64,000 nucleotides of DNA from Flaccisagitta enflata. Taxonomy: Eukaryota. Positions 41,676 to 58,420 of the stretch are shown here, piece after piece. A program made the translations under genes and the position numbers. The DNA is taken from NCBI GenBank assembly GCA_965153355.1, contig OZ231126.1, forward strand, positions 32,612,001 to 32,676,000. Direction: 5' to 3'. The notes below the pieces were generated by a model. It was not told the origin of the DNA, ran no database searches, and saw only the letters and a list, made by a program, of their open reading frames with translations. How positions within the stretch are numbered: position 1 is the first letter of the stretch; each line of letters starts with the position of its first letter.

Positions 41676-42416
41676 CCCTCCAGTTTATTCTCATATATGT
41701 TCCTTAGTCTTTGTAGTGTGTCCCTCAGTCATTCCTTTTTTTTCATGATCATCACAGCCTCACACTTTCCTTCTTCTTTGAATCGCTCACACAATTTCGG
41801 CCATGTATTCTTAATGCAGGGGTGTATATAATTGATTGGCTTTTTGGGGAAGAAAATCATAGGTTTTGTTACGCCATGCGGTGCGTCGCAGGGAAGAAAG
41901 TCAAAGGCAGGGGAAAAAAAAAAAAGCCACTCATTTATAGATTTAAACAATGTTAGATTGTGTTATATTCATCAAATATCACCTTTTGTAACTATCAAAA
42001 ATGTTAAATGTTCAAAATATGTCTTTTTAGTTGCGGACAAGCAACTCTATAAGAGGCTTAGTCCACCCATCCATCGATCCTTCTGTCCATCCGTCCATCC
42101 ATCTGTCCGTCTGTCTGTCCATCCGTCCGTCCATCCATTCATCTGTCCATCCATCCATCCATCTATCTGTCCGTCCGTCCATCCGTCCATCCGTCCATCC
42201 GTCCATCCGTCCGTCCGTCTGTCCGTCCGTCTGTCCATCCGTCCGTCCATAGAGGTGATCAAGTTGAAAAGTGGAGAAAACAAGTGTTTTGGATATTTTT
42301 TGTGTATGTTTGTGTGTGTGGGGTTGGACTTGGGGTGAGGATCGGGGTTGGATGCCCCTGCCCACCTATCCGCGACAATATTGTGATCTTTCGTCGCTTG
42401 TTTCTTCTTTTCTAGC

Positions 42417-43253
42417 TTTTGGGCAGCGGCCCCGAAGGGAACGAAGTCCTGTAGAACACAGGGGGACTTTCATTCGTTCGTCCATTCCTCCGTTTGTTTG
42501 TTCGTCCCCCCCTCTTATCAGGCCTCAAATCTGGCCTCTCAGGCCTCAAATCTGGCCTCTCAGGCCTCAAATCTGGCCTCTCATGCCTCAAATCTGGCCT
42601 CTCATGCCTCAAATCTGGCCTCTCAGGCCTCAAATCTAGCCTCTCAGGCCTCAAATCCAACCTCTCAAGCTTCAAATTTGGCCTCTCAGGCCTCAAATCT
42701 AGCCTCTCAGGCCTCAAATCCAACCTCTCAAGCTTCAAATCTGGCCTCTCAGGCCTCAAATCTGGCCTCTCAGGCCTCAAATCCAACCTCTAAGGCCTCA
42801 AACCTTATCTCCCAAGCCTCAAATTAAGCCTCTGAGGCCTCAAATCCAAATTCTCAGGACTCAAACCAGGCCTCTCAGGCCTCTCAGGCCTCAAATCAGC
42901 CATCTAAGCCTCAATTTATTGCTCTCAGGCTTCAAATCAATCCTCTGACCTTTCAAGCTAGCTCTCTCAGGTCTCAAGTCAGCCCTCTCAAGCTTCCAAT
43001 TGCATTCTCAGGCCTTACATCAGCCTTCTTAGACCTCAGTTTAGGCTCTTGAAGGCCTTCAGTCAGCCCTCTACAGTATAACTGTATAATATCTCATCCA
43101 CTTCTTCAGGCAGGACAAACGAAAGTCCCCTGTGTTCTACAGGACTTTGTCCCCTTCGGGGCCGCTGCCCTGGTTCCCCTCACTCCAACTCACAATACCT
43201 CAAAGCAGGGCAACGGGTATCGCTGTCCACATATTGCCCTTAGGCGACCTGTT
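42417..43253 (+). mobile_element. Complete Helentron-like family B copy
   Basis: Subterminal inverted boxes, TCAGGCCTCAAATCTGGCCTC array, end CCCTTAGGCGACCTGTT. Confidence 0.75.
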
Positions 43254-43421
43254 GATTTTCTTCCCATCTTCAAACCTTCTGATTCTATTGCCCCCCACGG
43301 GGGGGGGGTGTGGATACTCAAGCTTATACACGCCTGTGTTAATGAGCTGCACAGATGGTAAAGATTCAGCGCAAATTTTTTTAAATAAGTCGTCTTATAG
43401 ATATGACAGTGACAAGAAATA

Positions 43422-44028
43422 ACCATGGCAAAGAAAAAAAAGACAGTAATTTCAATATACTCCTACGCACTCATTTTTTTGATCTGCTTAAAATCCTTTT
43501 AGGGAGTAATAGTTAATCAAATTACCTACTCAGCAAAAAAATCAGAACTCAAAAAAGTTAATTTCTGCGCCCGTAGCATCATTTTTTGGGAAAAAACATC
43601 AGAAACTAAAGAAGGGAAAAAACTCATACAACATATTTACAACTTTTAGAAAATTCATTTTGACAACTTTTACAAAAATTGATGTTACAGGTACAAAAAT
43701 GAACTTTTTTGAGTTCTGATTTTTTTGCTGAGTCACAAAATCAACATACTATAAGCGCCTGAGAAGATTTTTGAGGCTGCTTAAAAAAAAAAGCTTGCAG
43801 TTACAATTGTATGTCAAGTGAAAATCATATGCCATTGGCAAATCATCATTTGACAAATTATGCAAAAATTGTCGCTACAGCCACAAAAATCAACTTTTTT
43901 GAGTTCTGATTTTTTTGCTGAATCACAAATTTGTCATACTACTACCACCTAAAAGGATTTGAAGATATTCCAAAAAATGGGCTTGTAGTGCCTTTGAAAA
44001 TCACTGTCTTATTTATTTTTGCCATAGT
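43422..44028. mobile_element. TA-flanked MITE with termini like 16835-17436
   Basis: TA-ACCATGGCAAAG / TTTTGCCATAGT-TA, internal inverted CTCAGCAAAAAAATCAGAACTCAAAAAAGTT motifs. Confidence 0.7.
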
Positions 44029-44260
44029 TAAACACCAAAATGTATATGCCTGTATACTAAATACTTGTGCCTCAGACTTTCCTCTAAGTTCTTCCACAGT
44101 CTCTCCTCTTGCTTGCTCCTCAGTCTTTCCCTCTATTCACCATTTTGACAGTCATCGTTTCGGCCTCGGGTTGTATTCCATAAGAAAACTTCAGCTCCGG
44201 TTTCCTTTCTTTCTCTCCGTTTTCCTTTCCTTCTTTTCACAACTATGTATGCATGTGAAA

Positions 44261-47020
<2,760 letters not shown>

Positions 47021-47130
47021 AGTGACAGACTGACTGTCATTCAAGCAGACCGACTGAAAGAGGTACATAGTCATAGAACTGAAGGACGAGGGCGAGAATG
47101 TGTAAAAGCGAAAAAAAGCACTTGGAGGAA

Positions 47131-47696
47131 AACTAGTCATCCAAGGATCGCACTTGGTCAGCGGTACCCGATGCCCTGCTTGGGGTGATCAAGTGAAGTA
47201 GTGGAGTGAGAGCAGGGCAGCGGCCCCAAAGGGCCAATGTCCTGTAGGACACAGGGGGGAATTTCCAGACGTCCTAAGGGGGAATATAGCAGGCCTAAGA
47301 GGTAATTGAGGCGGGTTTTTAGGTCTGGGGGAAGATTTATGCCTGAAGATTAGATTTGAGGTCTGGGGCAGATTTGAGGCCTGGAGGGCTGATTTGGGGC
47401 CTGGAATGCTGATTTGAGGTCTGGAGAGCGGATTTGAGGCCTGGAGAGCTGATTTGATGCCTTGAGAGCTGATTTGAGGCCTGGAGAGCTGATTTGAGGC
47501 CCGGAGAGCTGATTTGAGGCCTGGAGGGCTAATTTGAGGGCTTAGATGGCCTAAATCAGGCCTGAGAGTGAGGATTTGAGGCCTCGATGGCCAACCAGGG
47601 GGGGGACGGACGGAAGGACGGACGGATGGACGGACGTCTGGAAATTCCCCCCTGTGTCCTACAGGACATCGGCCCTTTGGGGTCGCTGCCCAAAAA
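47131..47696 (-). mobile_element. Complete Helentron-like family B copy
   Basis: Same boxes as 5508-6647 in reverse, GCTGATTTGAGGCCTGGAGA array. Confidence 0.75.
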
Positions 47697-48631
47697 GGAT
47701 CTCCTGAAGATTGAATCCGACCTGGAAGATGGAGGAAATTTAAGGTAGAATGAAGGGGAAAAAAGAATGAGAAACTAGGGCAAAAGAATCGTGGATGGAG
47801 CCAAAAAGAAATGCCTGTATGAATCTATTTCATAAATCATAAGTAACATTCTTTTCCTGAATCTCTTTATAGCTTTTGAGACGAATTGCTATGAAATGAA
47901 CGACTTAAAGAATCATATTTGAACCAATAACATGAGCCATTTTGACAAGAATAACCCACTCTCCGCAATTGATATCTGCTTGTTAAACGCCTTTGTCAGT
48001 CGTCCACTCTATCTGTGATGTCCGATACCCTGCTGCTATAAAATTTATCCTCTTGCAATTATGAAAGAATGAAAATGAGAGAGATGTACGTGGAAAAACA
48101 GATTCACAGTTGCCAGTTAATGGGAGAGGATGAGGCAAGTGTTAAACGGAAGAAATGGAAATGAATTGGATCATTTTTTTTCTTTATTTACTCAAGCTTC
48201 TGCCTTGGACGACGGAAATATCAGCGGTGAAATCGCAACAAAAGACCTTCGTGTTAAGATGGAAGCACATACGAACATACACATTTACACATTCCCGTAT
48301 CTAACTAAAACACGCAAACTCACCTAAGCACGTACACGTCATCAATTCCATTAATACACGCCAGCAGGCTACACGGACTCGCACAACCACACGCACACGC
48401 ACACGCACGCACGGACTTATTAATGAAGTTCCGACATTCGAAACTATGTTCATAAAAAATGAACGAAGTTCCGACGTCGGAACTTCGTTAAAAAATGAAC
48501 AACAGCTTCTCATTTGACTGTCGGAACTGTGTGAAGTGAATACTACAAGAAACTCAATTTGATCATCTAAGCAAACTTATAAACACTCGCAGTGCATTTC
48601 ATTGTCTTGTTCTGTTCTCTGTTGATTTCGA

Positions 48632-48718
<87 letters not shown>

Positions 48719-49215
48719 ATTTATATCTCGCTTTCTCTCTCACCTCTAAAGAATTGAAATATGACTGATTACAGTCTAAATCACGCTCAGTGAGCAACAA
48801 ATCAATATCAACATCTTTCAATCTCTAAATCCCAAAAGCTTACACTTTTTTTAAAAGAACATCATTTTTTTTCAAAGGCTTCATGTTCTTATTTTCAAGG
48901 CCAAATGAAGCCTTTAATGTTCTAAGAACGCTCTTGATTCAAAGTACTATATAAACTATAAAAAAACCTAGAGTGTAGTTCAATTATACTAAATATACTT
49001 CAGGAGCGGAATAGCAATAAAACATCGTATTTTGTTTTTGTTACAGATGGACAGACCGACTGACATAGCAAGTTCAAGATCAAGAGTCGCGAGTCCGCGA
49101 CTAAAAACGAGAGGGGAGAGGGACAATGAGATGATCATGACAATGAATGGACATGCAAGGACATGGTTACAGACAGGCAGACAAATAGACGGAGTAGACA
49201 GACAGACAGACAGGC

Positions 49216-49332
<117 letters not shown>

Positions 49333-49771
49333 TTGTCATTTAAACAAAGTATGAAAGTATGAAAGTGATTGAGTTCACATAGTTTAGACAGAGACGTTGA
49401 GGGGGAATGCACGTAGTTCCGACGTCGGAACTATGTGTATTTACAACAAACACATGGATTTCTGACCTGCACTGTCGTAACTACGTGGTTGCCCCCACGC
49501 ACGCGCATCCACAGACGTACAGATCTCAAGGATTCTAGACAAGGCGTGAAAGACAGGTTGAAAGAAAGTGGGTCAAAAGAACGCGCATGACTGGCTCGTC
49601 TGGTCTGCTCATATATCCGCGAATTTGCACCAACTCTCACGCGCATCATGAGCATGATGCACAAGCAAACACAATCGAATCACTCCGCACGGTGATCCAT
49701 ATAAAACTGTACGACGGACAGATGGACCGTCGGATGAACCTTCTTATAGATAGGCATGGAAGCATGTAAGA

Positions 49772-50022
<251 letters not shown>

Positions 50023-50298
50023 TTTTGCATAATGCATGAGGGTAAGTTCTATGATAATCGGATAATTTAACTATTCAAGGTTAAGTTTTTTCCCGTCTTT
50101 TTATTCATTGAAATAGCTAGGGATAACCCTTCGAGATATGATTATATTACTGAATAAGAAGTTTTTAGTTGCGGACAAGCAACGCTATAGGAGGCTTTGT
50201 CTTTCGGTCCGTCGGTCCGTCGGTCCAATGGTAATGATTGAGGCGAAGAGTGGAAAAAAGAGCATTTTGGATACTTTTCAGGCATGTGTATGTGTGGA

Positions 50299-50890
50299 TC
50301 AGGTGTGTCAATTACGGGTAATGACTGAGTTTGAGACCATAACGCTGACTCAAGGTGGGGCTATTGTTTTTAAAACGACCGCCGTCTTCCTTTTTTCCAA
50401 AATTCCATGGGCAACCGTTTTTAGTCGCGGACACGCGACTCAACACCTTGCCGTGTCAGTTGGTCGGTATGTCGGTAGGTCCGTCCGTCCGTCACATTTT
50501 TTAATTCCGAGCGGTTTTCGCAATATGGCTCCTGCCCAACCGTCTGCGACTGGATTGCCGTGTATCCGGCCTTGTTGATTTTGATTAACCAAAAAAGACC
50601 GTTTTACTTTTTCATTGAATTTGATATGTTTAACCCAGACACTTTTCTGTGAAGTTTTAAAGAGGATAGCAGCACTTAAAAGTAATTGGAACGCCTACTA
50701 TAACAAGGCAAAGGATGAAAAGTTGATAGTATGATTAGAACATTATGCAAATTAGGGGCAAAACAGGGTTTTTGGAAAAAAAAAACGTGAGATGAAAGAA
50801 ATTTGAAAAAAGATAACCAGTAAAGGCATTAAAATGATGTCCTAGCGTCATGTTCTAAGGGATTAATGTTTTGCATATTGACACACCTGA
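50299..50890. mobile_element. Mutator-type MITE, related to 21744-22238
   Basis: TCAGGTGTGTCAAT / ATTGACACACCTGA, 9-bp TSD ATGTGTGGA (50290-50298, 50891-50899). It sits in a family A element and contains another (about 50417-50576). Confidence 0.85.
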
Positions 50891-53505
50891 ATGTGTGGAG
50901 GATGGCGATTGGGGTGTGGATGGGGGTTGGACGCCCCTGCCCACCCGTCCGCAACACTATTGTGACCCCGCGTCACTTGTCAAGTTGCTCGCTACGTGAA
51001 TCCAAACTGTACCGTTGGTCTGTTCGTCTGTCTCTTTTCCGGCTTTTTGCCCCAATGAGTAATGACCTTTTCTATCACTACCCATCCGCACGCGACTGCA
51101 GGGGTAGCTGTTTGTCCAGTCGGGTTTTCATGGATCACCATACTACAGAAATCTTAGTACAGATCATTCGAAGAACCTCTTATTAAAAACACCGTCAATG
51201 GAATGCCCAGCCCTGATCGTCGAACACGCGTGATTAATGTAGACGATGAATGTGGTTGCCATGAATCGAGAGCCTAACGACCATGACGTCGTGAATCTGA
51301 ATCATCAGCTGATCACATGACAGCCGGCAGAAGCAGGACATGATATAATATGCAATCTGGGTTCCGCGCGTCCGCGGTTAGGTGAACGTGTGAGGGACGC
51401 TGATTGTCATCAAGTTCGACATTCATCATGGATTTTGAAAGCCGTTTTTTGAGGTCGATCATTTTGGTCATGCTCTGGAGGACTGTGGGCGGTCTGGCCG
51501 TTGGAAGAATAGTCGTAAACGTAGGGTTTCATTAAAAACAAGGACAAAAACAAAACAAAAACAAAAACAAATTGAAAAGAACGCTTTGGTTGCATGCGAT
51601 GGTTTTTGAAGGGGCAGGGTCAGCAATGCAAAAAAGGAAAACCTAAGAATTCTGTGTTATCAAATGGCAAAAAAACCTGTCGAGCAACACTAAGAGAACC
51701 CTAATGTGATGGATAAGGCTAACCAAGCATTTGCTCAGGATCATTATTGAAAAAAAACAACTACTAAGGCCGAAAAGCAAGGTGTTCGGACTGACCGATA
51801 GATGGATCGACAGACATAGTGGGCGTCTAAAAATGTGATGGCTGGACGCATCGACAAACCGACAGACTGACAGACCACCAGACCGCGACTGACTGACACA
51901 GCGATTTTTCAAGACCGCGACTAATAAGTACAAGATCAAAAAGCGTATCCATGATCATTTCAAGGGTCATTCCAACGGTGGATTGGACACAAGGCGTTGG
52001 TTGCAGCGACGAATTTCGTTCTCCGCAGCAGTGGTCTTCTTTTATTTCCCTTTTAAGTTGCGGACACGCAAAAGGAAAAAGAAGCTTTGTCCATCCGTCG
52101 GTCCGTCCATTCCATTCAAAATGTGCGTTTCAGATAGCGTTTTAGATACTTTTTGCGTATGCTTGTGTGTGTGTGGGGGGGGGGTGGTTTATGTGTACAT
52201 GCATACCCGTCCGCAACGATATTGTGACCCCGCGTCTCTTGTTGTGCTAACGCGGTTTGATGGACTTTTTATTCCAAGAACACGCCCACTTCCAAGCTCA
52301 TCCTCATGGAAGTAAAAAAAAAACTGCTTTTGGTTAAAAACAAGCCCAACAGGCCAACAGTCGCGTGCTTCGTTACTGACAACAACACAACTTTATACAC
52401 TACACCTTCATACTACAACTTCATACTACAACTTCATACTGCAACTTCATACTACAACTTCATACTACAACTTTATACAACAACTACATACTACAACTTC
52501 ATACTACACCAGACGCTCATATTTTGTAAACCTTCCGAGAGGCAAAAAATTTTCCCTATAAATTTCCGACACTGATGTCACAGGCCTGGTGATTCTAGAT
52601 CAGCAAGCAGCGCCACTTCTCAAAAGTGGACAATGATATGGGCAGGTCGGAGAAGAAGAAGAAGAAGAAGAAGAAGAAGAAGAAGAAGAAGAAGAAGAAG
52701 AAGAAGAAGAAGAAGAAGAAGAAGAAGAAGAAGAAGATGAAAAATGAGGAGAAGGAGGAAGAGGAGGAAAGGGGGAAGGAATAGATAATAGGAATAAAAA
52801 GGCGTTTGATGTCAGCAATGATATAATTTGCATATCGCAGTTTTAAGACGTTTGGTCCATTGTTATTTCGTTGATTCGGATTCCTGTCAATCGAAGTTGA
52901 AGATCTTACAAAAACTGATTTTTTTTGTTTGTCAATGTAAAAAAGAAAACCTAATGCGCATGTAAAAGATATCCATATTGACATGTTGTTCATGTAGCCC
53001 TCCGCAAGTAAGATTTATATTGATGATTAATACAGTGAAAAAACGCGTATCCCCCAGAAACATTTTCCCTCGATAATCGCGTTTTCTACCACTGGCGTGA
53101 GCAGCTCAGCGTCCGGAGGCATGTAAGCGTGCGTGGGCGCCTCTGGTACCAACTTGGCTACTAACCTTCCAGCTCTAGCTACTAAATGGGGTACCTTAGC
53201 CACCAGATTAGGCATCTGGAATCTAGCTACTTTTTTAGCTACTTTTAGGATAAAGATTTAGCTACATTTAGCTACTAATGAAGGCAGGTTGCACAACATA
53301 AAAATTTTTGTTCATTGGCTAGTATTTAGGCCTAAGAAGGTTATTCAAAGTCTGAAAGAGCTAAAATCTGATTAAAGAGCTAATTTAAGGCCTAAGAGTA
53401 TAAGTTCAAAGCATAATAAAGCTTATTCAAAGTCTAATATTGGCTTGAAATACCTTGTTTGGGCGGAAAAGAGCGCAATTAAAGTTCTGAAGTGCTGAAC
53501 TGGTA

Positions 53506-54067
53506 CAGTAGATCTCGTCCAGACTTGAGATACTGGGGCAAGCATTATAGAAGAATAAATGAAACTGAGGGGCTGATAATTTACTTATAAACTAATGAAA
53601 GAATGATTTATTCTCTATGACACTCGGTTGCCATGGAAACACATTTCTAAGTAATATCATTAAAATATCAATATTTTGACATATCTTTTTAAGGAACATT
53701 GCTTAAAATCAAATTTGCTACAACTTTCCTACATTATGATCTGTAAGAATATTGTTTGTTTGGTTGTTGCTAGAGAGCGTATCCATGTGTGACAACCCCT
53801 AGCAACCGTTAAATGAGCAACATTTTAAAAGAATGTACGGTGGGAAAGTTGTAAAAAATTTGATTTTAAGCAATGTTCCCTCAAAAAATTTCTCAAAATG
53901 TTGTTATTTTAGCGTAAATACATGGAAATACATTTCCATGCCAACCAACTATCATAATCAATAAAGCATTGTTTTATCAATTTATATTCCAAATATCAAT
54001 CCCCTAGCTTGATTTGTTTTCCTATAATGCTTGCCCTCATTATCTCAAGTCTAGACAAGATCTACTG
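53506..54067. mobile_element. Tc1/mariner-type foldback MITE
   Basis: TA-CAGTAGATCTCGTCCAGACTTGAGATA / TATCTCAAGTCTAGACAAGATCTACTG-TA, palindromic body. Confidence 0.85.
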
Positions 54068-54971
54068 TAGCATTTCTGCAAGAGCATATTTCAAACCAAA
54101 AACAAATTATTTTGAGCCTGATATTGAGCCAAATATAAAGCCTGACAGAGCTGATTTAGGAATTAGGTTCTATGATATTTTGATTCAAGATGTTTCTATT
54201 ACAAAGATACCATGGACAGGTAAACGCAGGAAAATTCGCCCTCGTATTTAAGAGATATCGGCTCTATACTGCTGCTATCTAAAATACAGAGTGGTATAGT
54301 TTAACCCTTCAATGGATGCCTAGCGACCTACAAGTTTTGGTTGTTAAAGGATTTCTACGATTATCATTTGACAGAGTAGAGACAAAACAAAGCCAGATAC
54401 ACGGTACCAGAGTTGCATGGCTGGGCAGGGGCAGTAAAGCAAAAACTGCTCGCAATGCAGGATTGTGATGGATGGACCAACCAACCTGCTGACCTACTGA
54501 CCCACACAGCAAGGTGTAATCACATATCCAAAACTAACAAGGCCGGATACACGGCCAATACCAGTCGCGGACGGGTGGGCAGGGGCGGAAATGCATGTTT
54601 TACCCACTTTTCGACTCGTGTTCACGGACGGACCGACCGACCGACCAACCGACCGACGGACGGACGGACAAAGCCTCTTATAGAGTCGCTTGTCCGCGAC
54701 TAAAAATATGCAGGGATCAAAATTTCTTATCCTATAGCAGTGGATTTCCATTACACTTGGATTCAGTAGCTGGGTGCCAACCATTTGATTAACAGAGGGA
54801 CAGACTAACCAGGGGAGTAATCCATACTTGTAACTCAGATTTAGACAAAGGTCAACAGTATTTTATTACCTTAAAGATTGAAAGAATAATGGTCCAGAAT
54901 GAAAGAATTAATGTTTTTATCCTCAATTTTAACTTATTTTCCCCATCTAGAATATACAATAAGTCTAGCTA

Positions 54972-55409
54972 CAGTACGATGGGAGCAATGAGGACCTCAG
55001 ATGGAGGGTCATTTCCTGCTGCACTATCTCAATGAAGTAGCTTGAAGTGAGGTTTTTCTGAAAGCTGATGGGCAAGAGCTTTGAGTGAATATAGTTTCAT
55101 ACCTCTAGCTGTAAATCTTGACCAAAAAGAAAAAAGGTGCAACACCTCCTTGGGATCGAACCTGTAACCCTAAAGGGAAACAATTACTTCATTCAAGTTC
55201 AGTACTCTACCAACAGAGCTATCACACCACATGCAAAGAAGAGCATTCAATTCTCAGATTTGTTTTAAATCACTTGATTTGGAATTTTATGTTCACTCAA
55301 TGCCTAAGACCATCAGCTTTCAGAAAAATTAAAGCTTTAAGTTCTTCCTTCAAACAATAAGAATATAGAAGGCCCTCTTTGTGCTGCCCTTATTGCTCCC
55401 ACCGTACTG
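54972..55409. mobile_element. Tc1/mariner-type MITE carrying a tRNA-like cassette
   Basis: TA-CAGTACGATGGGAGCAATGAGG / CCTTATTGCTCCCACCGTACTG-TA. Confidence 0.8.
55136..55228 (-). ncRNA. tRNA-derived Pol III-type cassette (pseudo-tRNA)
   Basis: Minus strand GGTGTGA-TAGCTCTGTTGGTAGAGT (A box/D arm) ... GGTTCGATCCC (B box) ... TTGCACC followed by a T-run. The ends can pair as a 7-bp acceptor-like stem. Confidence 0.6.
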
Positions 55410-55574
55410 TACTAATTTGGAATGTACGAACAATTTTTTAGCTACCATCTGGAAGGCTGGAGCACTCCATCTGGAATTTTGAGCCAAGGCCAGGTTGGCT
55501 TCAGAGGTGGGCGCACTTGCAGTTTCTCTTGACCAATCGAGGTCCAACCAAGTAATCCGGGTTGTTGAAGAAAG

Positions 55575-56163
55575 AACTCGGCTCTGCGGGAACAAAGCTT
55601 GAAAATTTACATACAAGTATTTAAAGTTATGTAGATCATTATCATGATAGGTGCAGATCAAAAAAAAATTGAGCACCTATCTTAAAAATTACTAAAAATT
55701 TTCAAAATCATGCCATCGCCAAGCTGCTAGAGTGAGGGCAATGAAATTTTATGAGCTAAAAATTATATAATTTGTACATATGCACACCAAATTTCAGCTC
55801 TCTAGCTTTATTAGAAGCAGAGATATAGCCAATTTACTTTTGTATATAAAAACTGCATTTTTTTGGAAAACGGGTATTTTTGAAAAAAATACACCCAAAA
55901 GTGAATCGGCTATATCTCTGCTTCTGATAAAGCTAGAGAGCTGAAATTTGGTATGGACATGTATAAAACACATATTTTTTTGCTCCTGAAATTTTATTGC
56001 CCTGAGGCAGACGGTTTGGCGGTGGCATGGTTTTGAAAATTTTAGATGAATTTTTAGGATAGGTGCTCAAATTTTTTTGAACTGCACCTATCATTATCAT
56101 GATCTACACAACTTTAAATACTTGTATGCATATTTTCAAGCTTTGTTCCGGAAAAGCCGAGTT
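55575..56163. mobile_element. Foldback MITE
   Basis: About 290-bp inverted arms (AACTCGGC..AACAAAGCTTGAAAAT / ATTTTCAAGCTTTGTT..GCCGAGTT). Exact ends unclear. Confidence 0.8.
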
Positions 56164-56919
56164 TGCTCAATTTCATGCATCAACAGACTGGACTGAAGTG
56201 GTTGTCTGTAATATGACGGATGTGACTGGAGATTGGGAAGGCTGGTTGTATGTTTGGGTTTGTGAAAATTAGCGTGAGTGTGCTTTAATTAAAGATTTGC
56301 CCTTTTGGGGAAAAAAACAGTGCACCGGACTGACTGTTTGAGCATGGTATCTATTTGGATAAAACCCCTTGCACGGAAGTTAGTATAAAGTTTTGTTTTC
56401 TTGTTGTCTGGACCTTCCTTGCAATGTCCAATGAAAATGATATAAACTAATGAGAAGAACCTTTAAAAATGATTTTCTCAAGTTAGGGCAACTATGAAAA
56501 ATCTTCTCTGTGGGAGAAATGTTTTGAGATCCGGCCGTTTATCCAATGATGATCGCATGTAACTATAAAAGTGCTGAAATACCCTGAAGGGGAAGGGGGC
56601 TTCACCTCACCGCTGATCCCCACCTTTAAGTCATGTTGGCAGCGTTTGGGGTAAATTTTCGCCTCGGCAGAGAAGAAGCATCATGATACCTGCTGTTGTC
56701 ATTAGTCTTTCAGCGACCCATAGTGGTAATAAGTTGCAAAATGACACACTGAATTAAATTTCCAAAAAATTATTCCGTTCTATCGAAAAATCACCTTTTC
56801 TCTTTTCCTTAATTTTTTTCTTCGCTCTTTCCCCCTTTCCTCTTCCAAGTTCTTCCGACAAATGTTTTCACCTTCTAAGAAGCGGCGCTTCCTGCTTCTC
56901 CAAATTATGAAGGCCTGAG

Positions 56920-58420
56920 TCTACAACTTCATACTACAACTACATGCTACAACTGCATACAACAACTATACAACACATACTTCCACTACATACATCCACT
57001 ACATACTTCAACTACATACTTCAACTACATACTACAACTACATACTACAACTACATACTACAACTACATACTACAACTACATACTACAACAACATACTAC
57101 AACAACATACTACACCTACATAGTACAACTACATAGTACAACTACATACTACAACTATATACTACAACTACATACTACAACTACATACTACAACTACATA
57201 CTACAACTACATACTACAACTACATACTACAACTACATACTACAACTACATACTACAACTACATACTACAACTACATACTACAACTTCATACTACAACTA
57301 TGAACTACAACTATATACTACGACTACAACTACATACATACTCCTTCATACTACCGTATGATTTTTCACGTTTGAAATATTCTGTGACGACATTACACAA
57401 AGAGTAATAGAGATAATTCAATTCTGTAAAAAGTTTGTAAAAGTTAATGATGATGGACTTTTTTAGAAAAATCCATACCTTTCTACAAATGAGGAAATAT
57501 TAATCAAAATCAGTAAAAAACACTATGATTTTAAATTCCTGGCTGAACAGTTTTTTGTTAAGTTGCTCATATTTCTAAAGGGATTGAGCTAAAGGTACCA
57601 GATTGGTCTCAAATTCAACCTAATTTACCATGGTTTTAGGAAATACAAAGAGGGAAATTTTTCTTTAATGATACATCACAAGGAACTTGAAAACTATTGG
57701 TTTCTCCACAAAAATTTTGATGAAAAGTTGGTTCACAGTCCAAAAATCAATCTGAAATATCAAAAAAGCATTTCAACTCAAGCTTTCCCGAGAACTACTT
57801 CAAAATACCTTTCATTTGAGACCAATCTGGTATCTGTAGCTCAATTTGTTTAGAAATGAGAGCAATTTAAAGGAAAACAGTTCAAATGACAATTTTTTGC
57901 AAAGAAACAATCTAAATATGATAGCACCTAGTTCTGTACTCTTTCCAAGGATCAAATTTTTGTAAAAAATTCCTGGGAGTTACAATCCACAAAATGCATC
58001 AACATTATCTTTCAGGAACTTTTTTCAGAATTCAATTATCTCTATTAATTTTTTGGTTACGTCGTCATAGAATATTTCAAACGAGAAAAATCATACTGTA
58101 CATACAAACTACATTCATACTAAATGCACACTTCTACGTACAACATGCTACAACTTCATACCACATAACTTCATACTGCATTACTTCATACTACAACTTC
58201 ATACTACATACATACTACTACATACATACTACTACATACATACATACTACATACATACATACATACATACATACATACATACATACATACATACTACTAC
58301 ATACATACTACTACTTCATACTACATACTTCATACTACATACTTCATACTACATACTGCATACTACATACTAAATGCTACAACTTAATACTACATACATA
58401 CTTCTTCATACTACAAACTA
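56920..58420. repeat. 13-bp minisatellite (ACTACAACTACAT)n, interrupted by a MITE
   Basis: Direct reading. The same unit occurs at 52400-52510. Confidence 0.9.
57354..58098. mobile_element. TA-flanked MITE
   Basis: TA-CCGTATGATTTTTCACGTTTGAAATATTCT / AGAATATTTCAAACGAGAAAAATCATACTG-TA. Confidence 0.85.

Larger units (their letters stand above)
53141..55506. mobile_element. 8-bp-TSD (hAT-like) element with nested insertions
   Basis: Imperfect TIR CTCTGGTACCAACTTGGC / GCCAGGTTGGCTTCAGAG, TSD GTGGGCGC (53133-53140, 55507-55514). Confidence 0.75.

Noticed and set aside
42271-42827. Heptad-repeat ORFs (LRPERPD, SGLKSGL), also at 7433-7657 and 21026-21552
   Set aside because: They are open frames produced by the 21-bp internal array of family B elements.
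51190-51530. Enhancer-like cluster (TGACGTC, CAGCTG, CACATG)
   Set aside because: Short motifs expected by chance, with no associated gene identifiable.
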